Of a stretch of 64,000 bases of DNA, positions 62,369 to 64,000 are shown one piece after another (position 1 is the stretch's first letter; every line of letters begins with the position of its first letter). Source of the DNA: Vulcanimicrobiota bacterium. Lineage in GTDB: Bacteria; Vulcanimicrobiota; Xenobia; Xenobiales; JADMJV01. The translations under genes and the position numbers were made by a program. Below the pieces are notes generated by a model. The model saw only the letters and a list, made by a program, of their open reading frames with translations, did not search any database and was not told the origin of the DNA. The stretch is from positions 191,414 through 255,413 of the forward strand of contig JAHBVR010000014.1 in the NCBI GenBank assembly GCA_019637395.1. The letters run 5' to 3'.

Positions 62369-64000
62369 ATGCAACCGGTAGGTTTTTCTTCAGAGTCATC
62401 CATCACCAGGCCGAGAGTGGCGGGAGCCGCCCCCAAGCCCCCCGCCAGCACCCCCGGGCTTCGAGATACCCTGACGCTGAGTGGCCAGTCGGCGCCCGCC
62501 CCGGTCAAAGCAGCCGCCCCAGCCAACCCGACCCAGGGAGCGGAAGAAATTCCTGGCTTCCTGAAGGTGCTCAAGAAGGGAGACAAGGCTTATCTGTCGC
62601 TGACGCCGGAGCAGTTCAACAAGCCGTTTTTCTTCAGCGTCAATACCGTCAAGAGCCTGGGCGAAGGAAATTTAGTGGGCTCGGAAATGGGCCGTTCCCA
62701 ACTGGCCGAGTTCCGCCGCCTGGGAAATCAGATTCAACTGGTGGCCCTGAACACCCAGCACTTCGCCGAGGCCGGCACTCCGCAGGCTCGATTTGTCAAC
62801 GAGGACTTTGCGGATAGTCTGATTGCCAGCACTCCCCTGGTGACGGGAGACCCTTCCCAAAAAGAGGTCATGGTCGAAGTCAACGCTTTGCTTTTTACGG
62901 ACATCCCGGGCTACGTGGCTCGCCTGGCCAACAATTACAACAAGACTCCCTTTCAGTTTGACGCCAAGAACGCCGGTTTCACAGCCATTGACAACGGTCC
63001 ACAACAAACCAGTTTCGGCGTCCAGGCTCATTACCAGGCCCCGGCCATCACCCCCACGGGTGGGAGTCTGCCCGCCAATACCCCGGAGGCGCGCAGCCTG
63101 TTGACCGAGTTTCGCTATAACTTTCTGGCCCTTCCGGAAGTCCCCATGCAGCCGCGCCTGGCCGACGAGCGCATCGGTCATTTCGTAGCCCCTCGCGAAG
63201 ATCACACTACCGATGAAACCGACGGCAAGGTCCGCATGATCAAACGCTGGCGCCTGGAGAAGAAAGATCCCTCCGCCGCCCTCTCCGAGCCCGTCCAACC
63301 CATCGTCTACTGGCTCGATAAGAACATTCCGGAAAACTATCGCGAGTCGGTCAAGGCGGGCGTTCTGGAGTGGAACAAAGCCTTCGAGAGCGCCGGCTTC
63401 AAGAACGCCGTCCAGGTTCGCCAGCAGACCGAACAGGACGATTTCAGCACTCTGGACGCCCGTCACGCCTCGATTCGCTGGTATACCGCCGAAGGCGGCG
63501 GAGCCTCGGTCGGTCCGTCTCACGTCGATCCCCGCACCGGAGAGATTTTGGACGCCGATGTGCGCATCTCGGCAGCCTTCGGTCGCGGCGCGCGCAAGGC
63601 CTATAACGAAGAGGTACTGGGCATTCGCGAGCACCAGCACGCCGATGGAGAATGCTGCGAGGTCGAGGCCCACTCCGCCGAAGAACTCGCTTTCATGCAA
63701 GATTACATGGTGGCCAGAGGAGACACCTCGGGAGCGGAGGCCATGGCTCAGGCCAACATCAAGCGCAACGTCATGCACGAAGTGGGGCATACACTCGGCT
63801 TGCGCCACAACTTCAAAGGTTCCACCGCCTTCACCGCCGAGCAGCTTCAGGATGCCGACTTTACCCGAGCCAACGGTTTGGGCACCTCGATCATGGACTA
63901 CTATCCCTTCAACATCGCCGGTCCCGGCGAGAAACAGGGCGAGTTCATCATGTCCACCCTGGGAGCTTACGATTACCTGGCTATCCAATACGCCTATTCT
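62369..64000 (+). CDS. zinc-dependent metalloprotease (DUF5117/DUF4953-type), 3' end outside the window
   Basis: Open frame from the ATG at 62369 to the window end, so it is absent from the ORF track. IPGFLKVLKKGDKAYLSL..PIVYWLDKNIPENYRESVKAGVLEWNKAFE..VMHEVGHTLGLRHNFKGS..GTSIMDYYPFN. N-terminus MQPVGFSSESSITRPRVAGAAPKPPAS lacks a hydrophobic signal. Confidence 0.8.
   Translation, partial: MQPVGFSSESSITRPRVAGAAPKPPASTPGLRDTLTLSGQSAPAPVKAAAPANPTQGAEEIPGFLKVLKKGDKAYLSLTPEQFNKPFFFSVNTVKSLGEGNLVGSEMGRSQLAEFRRLGNQIQLVALNTQHFAEAGTPQARFVNEDFADSLIASTPLVTGDPSQKEVMVEVNALLFTDIPGYVARLANNYNKTPFQFDAKNAGFTAIDNGPQQTSFGVQAHYQAPAITPTGGSLPANTPEARSLLTEFRYNFLALPEVPMQPRLADERIGHFVAPREDHTTDETDGKVRMIKRWRLEKKDPSAALSEPVQPIVYWLDKNIPENYRESVKAGVLEWNKAFESAGFKNAVQVRQQTEQDDFSTLDARHASIRWYTAEGGGASVGPSHVDPRTGEILDADVRISAAFGRGARKAYNEEVLGIREHQHADGECCEVEAHSAEELAFMQDYMVARGDTSGAEAMAQANIKRNVMHEVGHTLGLRHNFKGSTAFTAEQLQDADFTRANGLGTSIMDYYPFNIAGPGEKQGEFIMSTLGAYDYLAIQYAYS

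Noticed and set aside
62672-63988. 438-aa minus-strand ORF
   Set aside because: It is antisense to the Zn-metalloprotease frame, which carries HEVGHTLGLRHNF and runs open to the window end.
1-64000. CRISPR arrays, rRNA and tRNA genes
   Set aside because: I saw no regularly spaced 25-40-nt direct repeats, no rRNA-like conserved blocks and no cloverleaf candidates while reading the intergenic regions. This was a visual scan only, so tRNAscan/Infernal/CRISPR finders could still overturn it.

Overview
This is a 64-kb window from a high-GC bacterial chromosome (about 65% on spot-checked lines). I cannot name the lineage from sequence alone. All family calls are motif-level recognitions by eye, not database searches.

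The gene content is unusually rich in Hanks-type Ser/Thr kinases (3), FHA-domain regulators (2) and type-IV-pilin-like proteins (two separate sets).

Ordinary blocks:
- a czcCBA-type RND metal-efflux operon with an OmpR/HK pair (10.2-17.6 kb)
- an aldo-keto reductase
- a nitrogen-salvage operon with adenosine deaminase, glutaminase, M20 carbamoylase and CN-hydrolase (44.9-50.9 kb)
- an LMW-PTP plus fructosamine kinase pair
- a MarR-TolC-EmrA-EmrB efflux operon (57.6-62.3 kb)

An AT-richer, decayed accessory island lies at about 23.4-31.3 kb. It carries a YhcG/DUF1016 PD-(D/E)XK nuclease, an RHH protein, a frameshifted HNH endonuclease, IS630/IS21/IS66 remnants, an ABC-exporter pseudogene and a signal-less muralytic protein.

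The most system-like novelty is at 31.3-41.8 kb. It is a translationally coupled operon of a giant PilX/ComZ-like protein, two prepilin-type proteins, a PEGA-ectodomain Ser/Thr kinase and an FHA / degenerate-GGDEF / SARP regulator. It is flanked by a paralogous kinase, a signal-less S8 protease, His-rich orphan proteins and a shared TCCGCAAG direct-repeat motif.

Several predicted exo-hydrolases across the window lack Sec signals but share disordered Ser/Pro/Ala-rich N-termini with a D-x-x-x-L-[ST] motif.

No rRNA, tRNA or CRISPR array was recognised by eye.
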